Positions 62,595-64,000 of a stretch of 64,000 bases of DNA are shown piece after piece. Source of the stretch: a virus; IMG/VR virus record IMGVR_UViG_3300005663_000033, positions 1 through 64,000 of that record, one strand, 5' to 3'. A program made the position numbers and the translations under genes. Under the pieces are notes generated by a model. The model did no database searches. It was not told the DNA's origin and was given only the letters and a program-made list of their open reading frames with translations. Each line of letters opens with the position of its first letter. Positions within the stretch are counted from its first letter, which is position 1.

Positions 62595-63331
62595 TAACTC
62601 ACGATGAAGCAAAATCGAAATTCAAAAAGTGTAGGAACAAAGAACGCGGTTACAAGTTAGCAAACAACACCAGAATTCAGGAGCGTGGACATGCTTTTGC
62701 CGTCCGACTCCACAAGACTGATGTGGTGATGATTCGTCCTGACGGAACATATCGTCTCAATACTGGTGGGTGGCGCACTGTTACAACTAAAAACCGAATG
62801 AATATGGTACTGCCCGACTCCTGTTGTGTCTCGCAAATAAATGGCCTTTGGTTTGTAGGACCTGAGAATACACCCTATTCCGACAGAATGTTGATAGGAT
62901 CAGACGGGAAGGCTATCGGAGCTAAACATCTTGGAGATTTGCCGAAAATCAAACGAATAGTAGATCGTCGCATAAGCCAGTTTATAAAACTGCTAACAAA
63001 ATTCTGTCAAGGAAGAGATATGGGGACATGGGATAGCTACGGAAAGCGCACCGTTCCACATAACAGCAATAAGACTCATTTGAGAAAATTATGGATTACA
63101 GCAAGACAAACTGTGTCGATTGACATTGATGACGGATTCAGATTAGTCCATCTCGCTACTCTAGCTCGTGGTCATTGTAATCCAAAGTTTGTTTGGGACA
63201 ACATGATTCAAATAGCATGTTCCAATGATAGAGAGTCTCACTTTATTGTCGACAACCTCAGATCATTTATGAGGACACGAAAGCCGTTTATTGCGGAAAT
63301 GATCTCTAAAAAGGAACTCGAACTATGTTAG
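62591..63331 (+). CDS. Conserved phage hypothetical (paralog of 42661..43143)
   Basis: ANNT..VRLHKTDVV..DG..L.TGGWRTVTTKNRMN. Confidence 0.65.
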   Translation: MITHDEAKSKFKKCRNKERGYKLANNTRIQERGHAFAVRLHKTDVVMIRPDGTYRLNTGGWRTVTTKNRMNMVLPDSCCVSQINGLWFVGPENTPYSDRMLIGSDGKAIGAKHLGDLPKIKRIVDRRISQFIKLLTKFCQGRDMGTWDSYGKRTVPHNSNKTHLRKLWITARQTVSIDIDDGFRLVHLATLARGHCNPKFVWDNMIQIACSNDRESHFIVDNLRSFMRTRKPFIAEMISKKELELC

Positions 63332-63914
63332 AAGAACCTATGGATAGAAACTTCGCTATTTTCAATATCAAAGATGAAGATAGACAGAGAGCGGATGCTG
63401 GTTTTCTTAGACGATTTGGCCAGGAAGTCTTCGATAGAGAAATTTCTCCAATCCATAAAGCTGGAATTATGTCTGTTTTCCATAATCCACCAAATAAGTG
63501 GACCACATGGTATGTGGAAACAGTTGCGTTTTTAGTCAACGAGAGACGGTAGGGCACAAATATGGAACAGTGTGCTTTTCCACGGTGCAAAAATCTATCT
63601 GATTATGAGTATATCGGACGAGATATTTGCGAAATTCACTGGGGACTGCTTTGTGAGGCGGATAGCAAGACAGAAAAAGGATTATTGAAAAAGATCGGCC
63701 TAGTCAGAAATTCTAAAGGGTCTGTAGTTCCGATAAAAAGGAAAGGCGATGAAAAAGATTGATTGGAAAAGTATTTGGGAAGATTTTGATACATGGATGA
63801 TTAATCATCATCCTGGACGAATGACCCCATCTCTGGTAAAACAACAGTGTAAAATACAAAGACTTATCAACGCCCAGGTCCGAGAAATCGTACAAAAGAA
63901 AATCTAGATTTTTG

Positions 63915-63945
63915 TGGAACAAATTGCTTAGTTGGACGTATAATA
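63915..63945 (+). promoter_or_regulatory. ECF-type promoter TGGAAC-N16-CGTATAATA
   Basis: Sixth copy with the same spacing and the spacer AGTT.GA. Confidence 0.7.
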
Positions 63946-64000
63946 AGGTAGGAGATTCTAGCGACAGTGCGTAGGGGGTGAGAATACAACATGAACAAAC

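Overview
A 64-kb piece of a large tailed dsDNA phage genome (no host housekeeping genes; dense, short, overlapping ORFs). 1-14.4 kb (minus strand): head-assembly/packaging operon with a prohead-protease-like gene (partial), portal, terminase large subunit with a LAGLIDADG intein, ERCC4-type nuclease, GDP-mannose 4,6-dehydratase with two inteins, HNH, glycosyltransferase and a sigma-like gene. 14.5-21.9 kb (plus): DNA methylase, ClpP-like, MazG-like, Nudix, nucleotidyltransferase, HNH, permuted papain-like amidase. 22-33 kb (minus): SMC-like ATPase and many small genes. A strand switch at ~33.2 kb is followed by ~1.8 kb packed with a TTATCGGAC motif, even inside ORFs. Next come sigma70-like promoters, ~2 kb of hairpin-rich non-coding DNA ending in a tRNA-like RNA with no normal anticodon loop, and a long plus-strand accessory arm with tRNA-Glu and tRNA-Lys. 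The best candidate for a new system is an apparently complete phage-encoded ubiquitin-like conjugation operon at 53.8-57.3 kb (Ubl, E2-like + Cys-rich, JAB, E1/ThiF). Three promoter classes and a conserved 5' leader hairpin can be read from the sequence. Gene content hints at a Planctomycetota host (inference). All calls were made by eye; no searches were run.
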